Origin: the human T2T-CHM13v2.0 reference genome, Homo sapiens
NCBI RefSeq assembly: GCF_009914755.1
Contig: NC_060926.1
Strand: one strand, 5' to 3'
Length of the DNA stretch: 64,000 nt
Part shown: positions 30,037-43,700 of the stretch, piece after piece
Position numbering within the stretch: position 1 is the stretch's first letter
How the letters are laid out: every line of letters starts with the position of its first letter
The notes under the pieces: generated by a model
What the model was told of the DNA's origin: nothing
Database searches by the model: none
Seen by the model: only the letters and a program-made list of their open reading frames with translations
Position numbers and translations under genes: made by a program

Positions 30037-30154
30037 CATTCAATGTCTTCAGGATTAGGACTCTTGCATCACAGGCTGGCAGCACTCCCGATGTCTGGGT
30101 GTTTTGTGAGGTTGTACAGGATCTAGTAGAGGCCACTGGCTCTGCTGTCATATC
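30037..30154 (-). pseudogene. CYP4F-subfamily pseudogene, exon-9 equivalent
   Basis: cttag|GATATGACAGCAGAGCCAGTGGCCTCTACTAG...GACATTGAATG|gt; GYDSRASGLY*ILYNLTKHP vs CYP4F [20 protein letters not shown] (I-helix), with a stop and a deletion. Confidence 0.82.
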
Positions 30155-30350
30155 CTAAGAGGCAGCCAGGCAGACTTGGGTCTCTTGGCTGCTTCAGCAC
30201 CAGAGGATGAACAGCGCCCATACACTGAGGCTTTGGGGAGAATGGGAGGAGGGAAAGGAAGGGCAGAATGGAGTGATGTAGGGTCCATCCATCATATCCC
30301 TGGATGGAGAGACCCCTGTTCCCACAGTAGTCCCACACCGGGACCACCAC

Positions 30351-30417
30351 CAGCACTCATGAATATGCCAGCCTCCATTTATATGTCCTCGTCTGACAAC
30401 TCCTTCCCATTTTCATC
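30351..30417 (-). pseudogene. CYP4F pseudogene, exon-8 equivalent (67 bp)
   Basis: ccag|GATGAAAATGGG...AGTGCTG|gt; DENGKELSDEDI*MEAGIFMSA vs CYP4F [22 protein letters not shown]. Confidence 0.87.
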
Positions 30418-30742
30418 CTGGAGGCAAGACTCTGAACACACTAGCTCTGAGGACACCTGTGTGTAACCTGAGACAGTCCCTGAAGACCTTTCATCCAAGC
30501 AGGATCCCTCCTTTGCCATCTCCAGACCTGCCCCACAAGCTCCCTCCCTGGTCTCCTGGCTCTTGTTCACTCCTTCCAGGCAGCCTTCTACAGTCATCTC
30601 GAAAACATAGCTGACTGTCACTCCTTTATCCAGCACCTTCCATGGCTCCCCAGAGCCCTCCAGATCAAGTTCAAGTACCTTGATCAGACACTTGATCTCA
30701 AGCTCCATTCTACCTCCTGAATTAAGATCCTGGAGAAGCCAC

Positions 30743-31010
30743 CTTGCTCAGCACAAGCGCATCAATAAAGTCCGAAGCCTTGAATGTGGCCTTGGCCTTG
30801 AGGAAGTCATCAACACCCTGGCTAGTGAGGGTGCGGTGCTGCTGCAAGATGATGGTGTCTGAAGTTGTGCACCAAGTCACAGGCCCTGCAGAAGCATCGC
30901 CCCTCAGGAATGGGTAGTACAGGAAGTCCAAGCACAGGCAGATCTACTGACGCCGTTACACTATGAGGGTACTGAGCTCCAAGATGTCAGCAGTATGTTC
31001 ACTGGCATTC
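30743..31010 (-). pseudogene. CYP4F pseudogene, exon-7 equivalent
   Basis: gcag|GAATGCC...CTGAGCAAG|gt; contains SEHTADILELSTL and [31 protein letters not shown] (CYP4F [31 protein letters not shown]), with stops and frameshifts. Confidence 0.9.
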
Positions 31011-32895
31011 CTGCAGGGTGAGGCTAGGGAGAGGAAGCAGCTCCGTAACAGATATGAAAACTCTGGAAGCCCTTCCCAGCCAAAATCTCTGGACCACATT
31101 ACACCCAGAAATGGGTGCCCTCTCAGCACACTTCTCTCTGCCTCCCTCTCTGAGCTGCCTCCTGGCCCCACATGCCCCAGCCTGGACCAGGGCTTGGAGC
31201 CCAGCAGGTGTTCAGTTCATGGTGTTGACTGCTTCCTGGCACAGGAGAGCCTTTGGTAGCTCTGTGACTCCTCCTGTGGAACCCCTGCCTCTGCCTCAGG
31301 ACCTCCCTATTCCCATGGGAAGACCCCAAGGATTGCCCCACCTGCCCAGGGATCCTCCAACCCCATAGGCCTTACTTGATGCCTTATCCCTCCCAGAACA
31401 TGACATGTTTCTCACAAGGTGACTTACTTCCAAGGCCATCTGTGGATGTTTGCTGGGGACCTCTTGCTGTTCTCCTTTATGATCTGTAGGGCAGGACCAA
31501 GAGGAGAAACCAGCCCAACCTCAGAACAAACAAAGGCTCACTGCCACAAATGGCAACCACCAAACAGTCAGCAGTGCTTCTGGGAGGAAAGGAGGTTTCA
31601 TTCCGCACAAAGCTCCTTGTTTGGTTTCTTTCTGAATCCGGGGAGGGGTAGGTACCAAGCCCAGCTTACCTGTGGTGTCTACATTACCATCTGTGCCTAG
31701 GATGTGCAAAGGGCCCCTGCTCCCACCGCAGGGTTGACGTTCCCTCCAGCTGGAGACCTGGGCTCCTGACACCGCCTGGCCTGTTTGTCCTGCTCTGGAT
31801 GAGCGGGGAAAGGCTGTACCTGGTATTTCCCTAGGTCCTTGGTTTCTACCACCTAGACATCCAGCAGGAGTGACCATGTCTAGCACCACACCTGAAAGGG
31901 GACTCCCTTGTACAGCAGCCCAGACATCTACAGATGGAAGAGTTCTCAGTGAGACAGGCCACAGGGGTCCCCAGGGAGGATCAGGGGGTGGAGGATTCTG
32001 GAGATTTCCAGCCTTGGGCTCTGTGGTTCCTCAAAGAGGTTAGGTCTACCTAGTACCAGGCCTCCCCTCCCACGATTCAAAGACTGAATGAGTGTCCAGC
32101 ATCAGGAACTCTGTTCTGGACCTGTTTTTTCATTTAGGTCACCAAGGGACAACCCCTAACCCCTGAGCTAGGGATGGTCCAAGCTCTGGCATGAGATTTT
32201 CCTCCAGCAATGTGATGCTTACAGGGACAGGTAGAAAAGCTGGTGACCAGGCCTGCTGTCCTCTGGTTAAGGAGTGTGCCACCCACCCTCTGAGAGGCAG
32301 GTGGTGCCAGGCCACAGCACTGGGTGCCTGTACCCCTGGCTCTGCAGACACCGGTCATGGAGGTCCCTCCCTCCACATTACCTTCTTGCTGCTCCTAGAT
32401 TTCTTCTAGTCATTAAGCACTTTGAGTCACTTTTCTGTGCATCCAATTTTACATTTTTGCTCTCAGATGAAACAGGATAAAGTATGCTGAGCTGCCAGGA
32501 TTCCTGGAGGGGACCTTGGATGCTGAGTCTTGGGATCCAGGGCCCTGATGGGACTGAATCAGAAGGAGCCAGGGAAAGACAAAGATTGGGGCTGAGCCCC
32601 TATGACCCAATGGCCATTGGTGGCCTGGCCTTATGGTCCCAAGACACCTTGTTCTCAGGCCAGAGACACCATGGGCTTTGGTCGGGTCCCAGCCTCCCAG
32701 TAGTGTCCTGGCACTAGCAGGAGCTGACCCCTGAGCCACAACCGCAGTTCTGGGTTTGGGATTTGGTAAAACCACCTCAAGGACAGAGTCTTGGGATCGG
32801 GTTTGCCAGGAACCATGGTGCCTCCCAGAGATGGTGTGTCATTCCCACTTGCCACGAAATGTGCACACAGGCTGTCCCCATGTCCATCCCATCCC

Positions 32896-33863
32896 GCTGG
32901 ACAGGATGGAGGAAGTCAGGGAACAGGCATGGTGGACAGCTGGGGTGCAGGGAGAGGCAGGTGCATGCTGGGAGGTCAGGCCCTGCGAGGGCTGTGGAGG
33001 CATCAGGTGGAGTGGGCTCCAGGTGCACCTTCAGTGTACTGGGCACGTCTGAGGCCAGGCTCACTGGACCCTGGATGTGTGATGTGGTCAATCACTGGGG
33101 GAATGTTGTCAGGTCCCAGCCACCCGCCCTGGGCAGCACTGTCTCATCTCAGGACTGGACTTTCTGAGTCCTAAGACAAGACAGTGCTGCCCAGGCCTGA
33201 CAGCCTGGGAGGACCTGTTAAGTCCTCCATCCCTAGACTAGCCTCCCAACAGCAGGGACAGTCTCTTATCTTCACCTTCAGGGAACTGACTGATCCATCT
33301 CACTCTAAGCCAGTCGAGGCAGAGCTGAGGACCTGCACCAGTCTGGGAGCCAGTCCCCTCCCCAAATGGGCCTGAGGGAAGCACCATCCCTGTCCCAATC
33401 TGCCACAAGTTTCAGCCTAGGAGACACATGGGGAAGGGAGGACGGGGCATCCCTGCTGGCTGACACTGGAAAAGTGGGACCTGGGAGAATGGGGAGCACA
33501 AGGCTGGCAGGGGATGCTCCAGGCCCATGGAGAGCTCAGGCTGCACCATGCGGTTGCCCCTCCTGGGTGGAGTCTGTGCCCTCTACAGGATCTGAGAAAG
33601 TCCAGTCCTGAGATGGGACAGCGCTGCCCAGGGTAGGTAGCCGGGGCCTGAGAGCAGTCCCCCAGGGAGTGACCACATCACCTGGCTGGGGTCCAGGGAG
33701 CTTGGGGTGATACCCACCCAGTGCACTGAGGGTGCACCTGGAGCCCAACCCACCTGACACCCTCACAGCCTTCACAGGGTCTGACGTCCCACCATGCACC
33801 TGCCTCTCCCTGCACCCCACTGCCCCCCCTGCCTGTTCCCTGGCTTTCTCCATCCTGTGCAGC
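32896..33863. repeat. Diverged ~277-bp inverted repeat (arms 32896-33172 and 33587-33863)
   Basis: Example: ggggtgcagggagaggcaggtgcatg on the left vs catgcacctgcctctccctgcacccc on the right; both arms translate ...GCRERQVH... and SQDWTF on opposite strands. Confidence 0.88.
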
Positions 33864-34069
33864 CCATAGACTGTGACCATCTCTCCAGACACTCTGACCC
33901 TTTCTTCACCTTTGTCCTGTCAGAATCTCTGAGCAACATCTCCCAGGTCCATCCAAACAACTGCTTTGTCCACTTTTGACCAGGCCGTTGGGCATCACTG
34001 GGCCATCCCAGCTGTCCAGAGGGCCCTCGATAACGTGCAATGCACCTGGCTTCTCCAAGCAGCGCTCAG

Positions 34070-35485
34070 CAGTCCCCACTGACCAGGTTCCTGCTGACCA
34101 GACCCCACACATCAGGTCTTCCCTGACCACACCCTCACTGATTAGATCCCCATCACCAGGACCCACTAACAAGACCCCCGCTGCCAGGCCAACAATGACC
34201 ATGACTCCACTGACCAGGACCTTACTGACAAAGCCTCACGGACAAGGCCTCACTGAACAGGACCTTACTGACCAGGCCTCACTGACAAGGCCTCACTGAC
34301 AAAGTCCTTACTAACAAGGCCTCACTGACCAGGACCTTATTGACAAGGCCTCACTGACAAGGCCTCATGGATGAGCTCCTTACTGACAATTCCTCACTGA
34401 CCAGGACCTTATTGACAAGGCCTCACGGACCAGGACCTTATTGACAAGGCCTCACGGACCAGGTCCTTACTGACAAGGCCCCACTGACAAGGCCTCATGG
34501 ACCAGGTCCTAACTGAGAAGACCTCACTGACCAGGACCTTATTGACAAGGCCTCACTGACCAGGTCCTTACTGACAAGGCCCCACTGACAAGGCCTCACT
34601 GACAAGGTCCTTATTGACAAGGCCTCACTGACCAGGTCCTTACAGACAAGGCCCCACTGACAAGGCCTCACTGACAAGGTCCTTATTGACAAGGCCTCAC
34701 TGACCAGGACCTTACTGACAAGGCCTCACTGGCAAGGCCTCAAGGACCAGGTCCTTACTGACAAGGCCTCACTGACTAGGTCATTACTGACAAGGCCTCA
34801 CTGATCAGATTCCACTGATCATGACCCCACTACCTGGACCCACAGATGAGGCCCCACTGACCAGGCCTCCAGGGAACAGGCTGCCACTGATCAGGCCCCT
34901 ACTAACCAGGCCTGAGGTGACCAGATGCCCCTGACTGGGACCCTAGTGAGTAGGCCCCACTGAACAGGCACCGACTACTCAGGTCCCCGCTGACCGGGTC
35001 ACCCCGTAGACCAGTGGTACAAAAGCCACCACTGACCAAGTCATCACTGACCAGGCCCCCACTGATGAGGTTCCACTGACCAGGCTGCCCTGATCAGGGC
35101 CCCACTGACAAGGGACTCACTGATGAGGACACGCCCACCAGGCCCTGCTGACTAGGTCCCATGTGACCAGTCCTCCACTGAATAGCACCCCTTGACCTGG
35201 TCACCAGTGACCCAGCCCATGCTGACCAGGCCACCACTAAGCCCAGCTGACCAGGTCGCCACCGGTCAAGCCCCACAGCCTAGGTCTGCACTGACCAGAC
35301 ACCAAGCAACTGGCTGCCAGTAGGTCCCCACTTGCCAAAACCCCCACTACTGGATCCCCCTAATGAGACCCTCCCTAAGCAGACCCCTGCTGGCCAGGTT
35401 CCCACTAAACAGGCCTCACTGACCAAGTCCCAACTGACTAGGTCCACTGAGCAGGCCCACACTGATCAGGCAGGCCCCTCCTAAC
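34070..35485. repeat. HSAT5-like satellite built from ~14-15 bp CACTGAC(C/A)AGG(C/T)C(C/T) monomers
   Basis: Dozens of tandem variants of cactgaccagg/cactgacaagg; homogeneous core at ~34210-34810 with degenerate flanks. Family name from memory. Confidence 0.75.
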
Positions 35486-38400
35486 CACATCAGAAGGCCA
35501 AGTGGCAATGAGATGTTTCATATGGCAGAAATAGAAGCAAGACACAGAGAGAAAAGAGGTGCCACAGCCCATTATACAACCAGATCACATGAGAACTATC
35601 AGATCAGCATCAAGAAGATTAACCACTGGTGAAGGATCCACCACACACACCACCGCCTACTGTTTCCAGGCAGAAGCCTCCTGCAGAGGCAGAGCCTCTT
35701 GGGAAACTTCTACTATGGCAGTGCAGAAGGGAAATATGGGCTTGGAGCCCCCACACAGGAGGCCACCATCCTCCAGACCCCAGATTCATAAGCCCACCAA
35801 CAGCCCGCACCCTCAGTATGCAAAAGCACTCAACACCAGCCCAGCCCATGAGAGCAGCCATGGGGGCTAAAGCCTGCAAAGCCACAGGAGCACTGCCCTA
35901 GCAGAGGTTTTCCATGAGGATGTGACTCTGCAGCAGGCTACTCCCCCTTCCTAATACCCACCATCCTCTCACCACCCTACTGACAACCCACTCCTCCCAA
36001 CACTATCCACTTTATTTCCTTCCAACTCCAACCCCCTCCCATCCATGGTTAAATCACCTTCCACCAGGCCCCATCTCCAACATTCAAGATTACAATTCAC
36101 ATGAGTTTCTGTAGGGAAACACAGCCAAACCATGTTATTCTTACCCTGACCCCTCCGAATCTCATGTCCTTCTCACAGAGCAAAATACAATCACACCTTT
36201 TCAAAAGTTGCCAAAAGTCTTAACTCATTCCAGCATTAACTCAAATGTAAAAGGTTCAACGTCTCATCTGAGACAAGCCTACAGTCCCTTTTGCCTATAA
36301 GTCCCTGAATTTAAAAGGGTGTTCTTTTAAGACACAATGATGGTACACCCATTGGGTAAGCTTTCTCAGTCCAACAGGAAGAAATTTCCCAGCAAAATAA
36401 CACAGATGGGACCACAGGACCAATGCAAGTCCAAAACCCAGGAGACCAGTATCCATTCAATCTCACTGCTCCAAAATCATGAAGAGAACTCACCATCACA
36501 AGGACAGAAATAAAGAGATTGTGTCTAATCATTTGTGAAGGAGCCACCATCACTTTTCACCCCTCACCCCCAACATAATCTCCCCATTCTCCCTATCCCC
36601 CACCTCCCAACCCCCACACTCCACCATGATTAAATCACTTTCCACCAGGCCCCACCTTTAACATTCCCCATTACAATTCCACACGAATTTTGGTAGGGAC
36701 ACAGAGCTAAATTTTATTATTCTGTCCCTGGCTCCCCAAATCTCATGTCCTTCTCACATTGCAAACTACAATGATAGCTTCCCTACAGTCCCCCAAAGTC
36801 TTATATCATTTCATCATTTATACAAATGTTCAAAGCTTAAAGTCTCATCTAACACAAGGCTGCAGACCCTTAGGCTCATGAGCCTCTGAAATATAAAGAA
36901 AGTTAACTACTTCCAAGGTACAATGCTTATACAGGCAATGGGTAAGCATTCCCAGCCAAAAGGAATAATTTTGCCAGAAAGAACAAAAGACAGAAAGGAC
37001 TTACAGACCCCATGAAACTCCAAACCCAGAAGGCCATTCAATCCTACAGCTCCAAAATTACCCTTTTTGAAACCTTGTCCCACATCCAGGGCACAGGGAT
37101 GTAAGGGCTGGGCTCCCAAGGCCTTGGGCAGCTCTGCACCTGTGGCTTTGCAGGGTTTATGCCCCACGGCTGTCTTCATGGGCTGGGCTGGTGTTGAGCA
37201 CCTGTAGCTTTTACCCACTGACGGTACAAGCTGTTGCGGGGTCTATTAATCTGCGGTCTTCATGATGGTGGCCTCCAGTGTGGGGGCTCCAACCCCATAT
37301 TTTCCTTCTGTACTGCCCTAGTAGAGGTTTCTTATGAGGTTCTGCCTTTTAGGAAGGCTTTCGCCTGGACACCCAGACATTTCCATACATCCTCCAAAAT
37401 CTATAAAGAGCCTCCCAAGCCCCTAGGCTCATGCTCCATACAACCAGTGGCCTAACACTATGAGGAAGTTCATGAGAACTCACTATCACGAGGTCAGCAT
37501 CAAGAAGATGGTGCTTAATCATTAGTGAAGGATCCGTCCCCAACCCACCTCCACCCCCTACTGTTTCCGGACAGAAGCCTGAGGCAGAGCCTGAGCCTCT
37601 TGGAAAACCTGTACTATGGCAGTGCAGAAAAAAATATGGGCTTGGAGCCCCTATGCAGGAGGCCACCATCCTCCAGAGCCCAGATTCATAGACCCATCAA
37701 CAGCTCGCACCTTCAGTATGGAAAAGCTACCGGCACTCAACACCAGCCCAGCCCATGAGAGCAGCCATGGGGGCTACACCCTGCAAAGCCACAGGTGCAC
37801 AGTCCTAGCAGAGGTTTTCTACGAGCCTCTGCCTCTGCAGCAGGCTACTCCTCCTTCCTACTACCCCCACCCTCCCACCACCCTACAGCGAGCTTACTCC
37901 TCACCACGCTACCCACCTCTTTTTCCCTCCAACCCCACCCACCCCCCATCCATGATTAAATCACCTCCCACCAGGCTCCACCTCCAACATTCGGGATTGC
38001 AATTCCACATGAGTTTTTCTAGGGAAACACAGCCAAACCATATTATTCTGACCTTGACCCCCTCCGCCGAATCTCATGTCATTCTCACAGAGTAAAATAC
38101 AGTCATGCCTTTTCAAATGTTTACAAAAGCCTTAACTCATTCCAGCGTTAACTCAAATGTAAGAAGTTCAAAGTCTTATCTGATACAAGGCTACGGTCTC
38201 TTCCGCCAATGAGTCCCTGAACTTAAAATGGAGTTCTTTTAAGGTACGATGATGGTACAGGCATTGGGTAAGCTTTCTCACTCCAAAGGGAAGAAATTTC
38301 CCAGAAAAATAACACAAATGGGACCACAGGCCCAATGCACATCCAAAACCCAGCAGGCCAGTATTCAAATCTCAAAGCTCCTAAACCATGAAGCAAACTC

Positions 38401-40790
38401 ACTGTCAGAAGGACAGCATTACAAAGATGGTGTTTAACCATTTGTGAAGAATCTGCCCCCCATCTCTGCCTTTCCCCACAACCCCAACACAATCCCCCCC
38501 AATGCTCCCAACCACCCCCACCTTCCAAACTCCACTCTCCACCATGATTAAATCACCTTCCACCAGTCCCCACCTTTAACTTTGCCCATTACAATTCCAC
38601 GAGCTTTGGTAGGGACACAGAGCCAAATCATATTATTCTGTCCCTGGTCCCCGAAATCTCCTGCTTCTTACATTGCAGAATACAATGATACCTGCCCTAC
38701 AGGCCCCCAAATCTTAAATAATTCCAGCATTTACTCAAATGTCCAAAGCCCAAAGTCTCGTCTGAGACAAGGCTACAGTCCGATCTGCCCCTGGGTTTCT
38801 GAATTATAAAGCAAGTTAACTAATTCCAAGGCACAATGATTGTACAGGCAATGAGTAAGCATTCCCAGCCAGTAGAAAAAAAAAATGCCAGAAAGAAAAA
38901 CAAAACACAGATGGGACTCACAGGATACATGAACATCCAAAACCCAGCAGGCCAGTCATTCAATCCGACAGCTCCAAAATCATCCTTTTTGAATCCTCGT
39001 CCCACATCCATGGCACAGGGCTGTGAGGGCTGGGCTCCCAAGGCCTTGGGCAGATCTGCACCTGTGGCTTTGCAGCGTTCAGCACCCACAGCTGCCTCTC
39101 ATGGACAGGGCTGTTTTGAATGCCTGTAGCTTTTCCACACTGAGGGTGCAAGATGTTGGTGGGTCTATGAATCTGGGGTTTGGAGAATGGAGCCTCCCTG
39201 TGAGGGGGCTTCAACCCTACATGGCCCTTCTTTGCTGCCCTAGCAGAGGTTTTCCATGAGCCTCTTGGAAAGGCTACTGCCTGGACACCCAGGCTTTTCT
39301 CTACATCCTCTGGAGTCCAGACAAGAGGCTCCAAAGCCTCTAGTCTCTTGCTCTCTTCACCTGCTGCCTTAACACTATGTGGAAGCCATCAAGGCTTGGA
39401 GCCACATGTGAAGTAGTGACCCAAGCTGTACCTGTGCATCATTCAGCCATGGCTGGAGCTGGGGCTGCAGGGATGCAGGCAGCAGTGTCCTGAGGATGCA
39501 CACAGCAGCAGGGCCGTGGAGCTGGCCCAGTAAACCATTCTTCTCTGCTAGGCCCCAGGGCCTGTGAGAGCAAAGGCTACTGCAAAGGTCTCTGAAATGC
39601 CTTCAAGGCCTTTTACCCTTTGTCTTGGACACTTGCACTAACCTCCTTTTTATGCAAATACTCTAAGCCTTATTGAATTTTCCCCCTGAAAATCAGCTTT
39701 TCTTTTTGACCACTTGACTAGGCTGCAAATTTTCCAAACTTCTGAGCTCCACTTCTCATTTAAGTAGAAGATCCAACTTGAGGTCATTTCTTAGCTCATA
39801 CATAACAACACAGGCTGTTCGACGCAGACAGGACACCTCTTGAGCTATGCTGCTTAGATGTTCATTCCACAAGATACATCCTAAATCATCACCCCCAAGT
39901 TCATAGTTTCACAGATCTCCAGGGCAAGGTCACTGTGCAGCCTCTGTTGGGCAAATCAAATGTAGCTTTGACTCCTATTCACAGGAAATTCCTGATTTTT
40001 ATCTGAGAACTTTTAAGTCTGGCCTTCACTGTCCATCCTTCTGTCAGCCTTCTGATCACAAGTATTTAACAATTCTCTACAGGGGTCCAAGCTTTTCCTC
40101 ATCTTGCTGTCTTTTAAGCTTTCCCAACTCTCCCGACCTCTGTCTTTTACCCACTACTGAACCTGCTTCTACATTATCAGCTCTCTGTGTCACAGCCTGG
40201 CAATGTGGTAAAAGAAGAAAAGTCCATTTTCAGGGAAAAAATTCACACAGGCTTCAGATATTTGCATGAAAAGAAGCTGAGTGCTGCTTGCCAAGACAAT
40301 GGGGAAAAGGCCTTGAAGGCATTTCATAGGGAAAAGGCCCTGAAGGAATTTCATAGCTTCACTTCACAGTACTAACCTTCTGTATGATCAAAAAGAAAAG
40401 AGGTTTCATTGGCTCACAGTTCTGCAGGCTGCAAAGGAAGCACAGTGGCTTCTGCTTCTGGGAGGACTCAGGTGCCTCCCAATCATACTAGAAGACCAAG
40501 GGGCAAGGAGATGTTTCATACAGCAGGAGAAGGAGCAAGACAGAGAGAGGAAAGAGGTGCCACATCATGTTATACAAGCAGATCTCATGAGAACTCACTA
40601 TCACGAGGTCAGCATCATGAAGATGGTGCTTAACCACTGGTGAAGGCTTCCACCCTGCAAAACTACCTCCCACTGTTTCCAGGCAGAAGCATGCTGCAGA
40701 GGCAGAGCCTCTTCAGAAACCTCTGCGAGGGCACTGCAGAAGGAAAATATGGGCTTGGAGGACTAACACAGGGAGCCACCAACCTCCAGA
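35486..40790 (-). mobile_element. Composite of MaLR (MST/THE1-type) LTR and internal fragments, tandemly duplicated (~1.9 kb) with internal inversions
   Basis: Repeated LTR ends (aaatcacc..ccaccaggcccca..t..aaca...attacaattc) and MST-int motifs (gggctcccaaggccttgggcag); the same block recurs at 35671, 37572 and 40684. Confidence 0.8.
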
Positions 40791-43700
40791 CCACAGGTGC
40801 ACCCTTGCAGAGGTGACTGGTTGCTCTTTGAGCCAGCTTGGCCTTGCCTGGCATGCATAGGCCCCAGCTACTGACACGCTGCTCCGAGTGAGCTTGTCCT
40901 GCCTTGGCACAAATTCTGAGTCTGGCCAGGGCCACAGAAGGCCGAGTCCCTTGGATGGTAATCCTGGCTGCTTTCTGCACTTGAACATGAAGTCCTCCTC
41001 AAGAGGGCCTGTGGTCTGCCTCTTGGCAACCAAGAAGCCTGCAGTGCCATACGACCCGAGGCATGGACTGGAGCCCCAAAGGCAGCGCACATCCTGCTCC
41101 TAACTCTGCCGCTCATTTCCTCTCTGTGGCTCCATTTGTAGCACAGTTGTTGCACTGAGACTTGTGCATGCCAGGCAAGGCCAAGCTGGCTCAAACAGCA
41201 ACCAGCCACCTCTGCGAGTGTGTGCCAGGAGCAGCCAGACCAGCCACCAACCTCACTCGCTGCGGGACATGGTACATTGGTTCTTCTACCCTAAAGGCAG
41301 GGCCAAGAGGCAGACCACAGGCCGCCTTGAGGAGGACTTTATGTTCAAGTGCAGAAAGCAGCCAGGATTGCCACCAAGGGGACTCAGCCTTCTGTGGTCT
41401 GCACTGCCATACAAGCTCTGAGACATGGACTAGTGACATCTGCTTTATAGAAAAATTAACCTAAGATCTATTAAAGAGTTAAACATGCCATCTGATTTTA
41501 CTCAGGCCTCTGCTCCATCAGCCCTCAGGTGGCAGCCACTCAGGCTGTGGGAACCTGGCCATCCCGGCTTCCTTCAGTGGGTGAGGTTGGTGGCTGGTCC
41601 AACTGGTCCAGGCGCACCCTTGTAGAGGTGGCTGGTTGCTCTTTGAGCCAGCTTGGCCTTCCCGGACATGCACAGGCCCCAGATACTAACACGCTGCTCT
41701 GAGTGAGCTTCTCCTGCCTTGACACAAATTCTAAGTCTCGCCAGGGCCACAAAAGGCCGAGTCCCCTGCGTGGCAATCATGGCTGCTTTCTGCACTTGAA
41801 CATAAAGTCTTCCTCAAGACAGCCTGTGGTCTGCCTCTTGGCAACCAAGAAGCCCACAGTGCCATACGACCCGAGGCATGGACTGGAGCCCCAAAGGCAG
41901 CACACACCCGGCTCCTGAGCCTACTGCTCGTTTCCTCTCTGTGGCTCCATTTGTAGCACAGTTGTTGCACTGAGGCTTGTGCATGCCGGGGAAGGCCAAG
42001 CTGGCTCAAAGAGCAACCAGCCACCTCTGCAAGGGTGTGCCAGGAGCAGTTGTACCACTCACCCACTAGCGGCCAGACATGGTACATCAGTTCTTCTACC
42101 CTAAAGGTGGGCCGCAGTGCCATCTGCTTTTCCTAATGCCTCTGCTCCATCAGCAATTAGGTGGCAGCCAAGGCAGGACAAGCTCACTCAGAACAGCGTG
42201 TTAGTACCTGGGGCCTGTGCATGCCAGGGAGGCCAAGCTGGCTCAAAGAGCAACCAGCCACCTCTGCAAGGTCTGGCCAGGGCTACAGAAGGCCCCCCTG
42301 GATGGTAATCCTGGCTGCTTTCTGTACTTGAACATGAAGTCTTCCTCAAGACGGCCTGTGGTCTGCCTCCAGGCAAGTAAGAAGCCCGCAGTGCTATACA
42401 ACTCGAGGCATGGACTGGAGCCCCAAAGGCAGCGCACACACTGCTCCTGAGCCTGCTGCTCGTTTCCTCTCTATGGCTCCATTTGTAGCACTGTTGTTGC
42501 ACTGAGGCTTGTGCATGCCGGGCAAGGCCAAGCTGACTCAAAGAGCAACCAGTCACTTCTGCAAGGGTGCGCCAGGAGCCGGTGCACCAGCCACCAACCT
42601 CACTTGCTACCGGACATGGCACATCAGTACTTCTACCCCAAAGGTAGGGCCACAGGCCCATCTGCTTTTCCTAAGGCCTCTGCTCCATCAGCCATCAGGA
42701 GGCAGCCACTCAGGCTGTTGGAACCTGGCCATCCCAGCTTCCTTGAGTAGCTGAGGTTGCTGGATGGTCCACCTGCTCCTGGCACACCCTTGCAGAGTTG
42801 GCTGGTTGCTCTTTGAGCCAGCTTGGCCTTGCCTGGCATGCATAGGCCACAGCTACTGACACGCTGCTCCGAGTGAGCTTGTCCTGCCTTGGCACAAATT
42901 CTGAGTCTGGCCAGGGCCACAGAAGGCCGAGTCCCTTGGATGGTAATCCTGGCTGCTTTCTGCACTTGAACATGAAGTCCTCCTCAAGAGGGCCTGTGGT
43001 CTGCCTCTTGGCAACCAAGAAGCCTGCAGTGCCATACGACCCGAGGCATGGACTGGAGCCCCAAAGGCAGCGCACATCCTGCTCCTAACTCTGCCGCTCA
43101 TTTCCTCTCTGTGGCTCCATTTGTAGCACAGTTGTTGCACTGAGACTTGTGCATGCCAGGCAAGGCCAAGCTGGCTCAAACAGCAACCAGCCACCTCTGC
43201 GAGTGTGTGCCAGGAGCAGCCAAACCAGCCACCAACCTCACTCGCTGCGGGACATGGTACATTGGTTCTTCTACCCTAAAGGCAGGGCCAAGAGGCAGAC
43301 CACAGGCCGTCTTGAGGAGGACTTTATGTTCAAGTGCAGAAAGCAGCCAGGATTGCCACCAAGGGGACTCAGCCTTCTGTGGTCTGCACTGCCATACAAG
43401 CTCTGAGACATGGACTAGTGACATCTGCTTTATAGAAAAATTAACCTAAGATCTATTAAAGAGTTAAACATGCCATCTGATTTTACTCAGGCCTCTGCTC
43501 CATCAGCCCTCAGGTGGCAGCCACTCAGGCTGTGGGAACCTGGCCATCCCTGCTTCCTTCAGTGGGTGAGGTTGGTGGCTGGTCCAACTGGTCCAGGCGC
43601 ACCCTTGTAGAGGTGGCTGGTTGCTCTTTGAGCCAGCTTGGCCTTCCCGGACATGCACAGGCCCCAGGTACTAACACGCTGCTCTGAGTGAGCTTCTCCT

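Noticed and set aside
34070-35485. CACTGACCAGG tandem repeat as a novel satellite
   Set aside because: It fits my recollection of the known HSAT5 family, so it is listed as a feature only.
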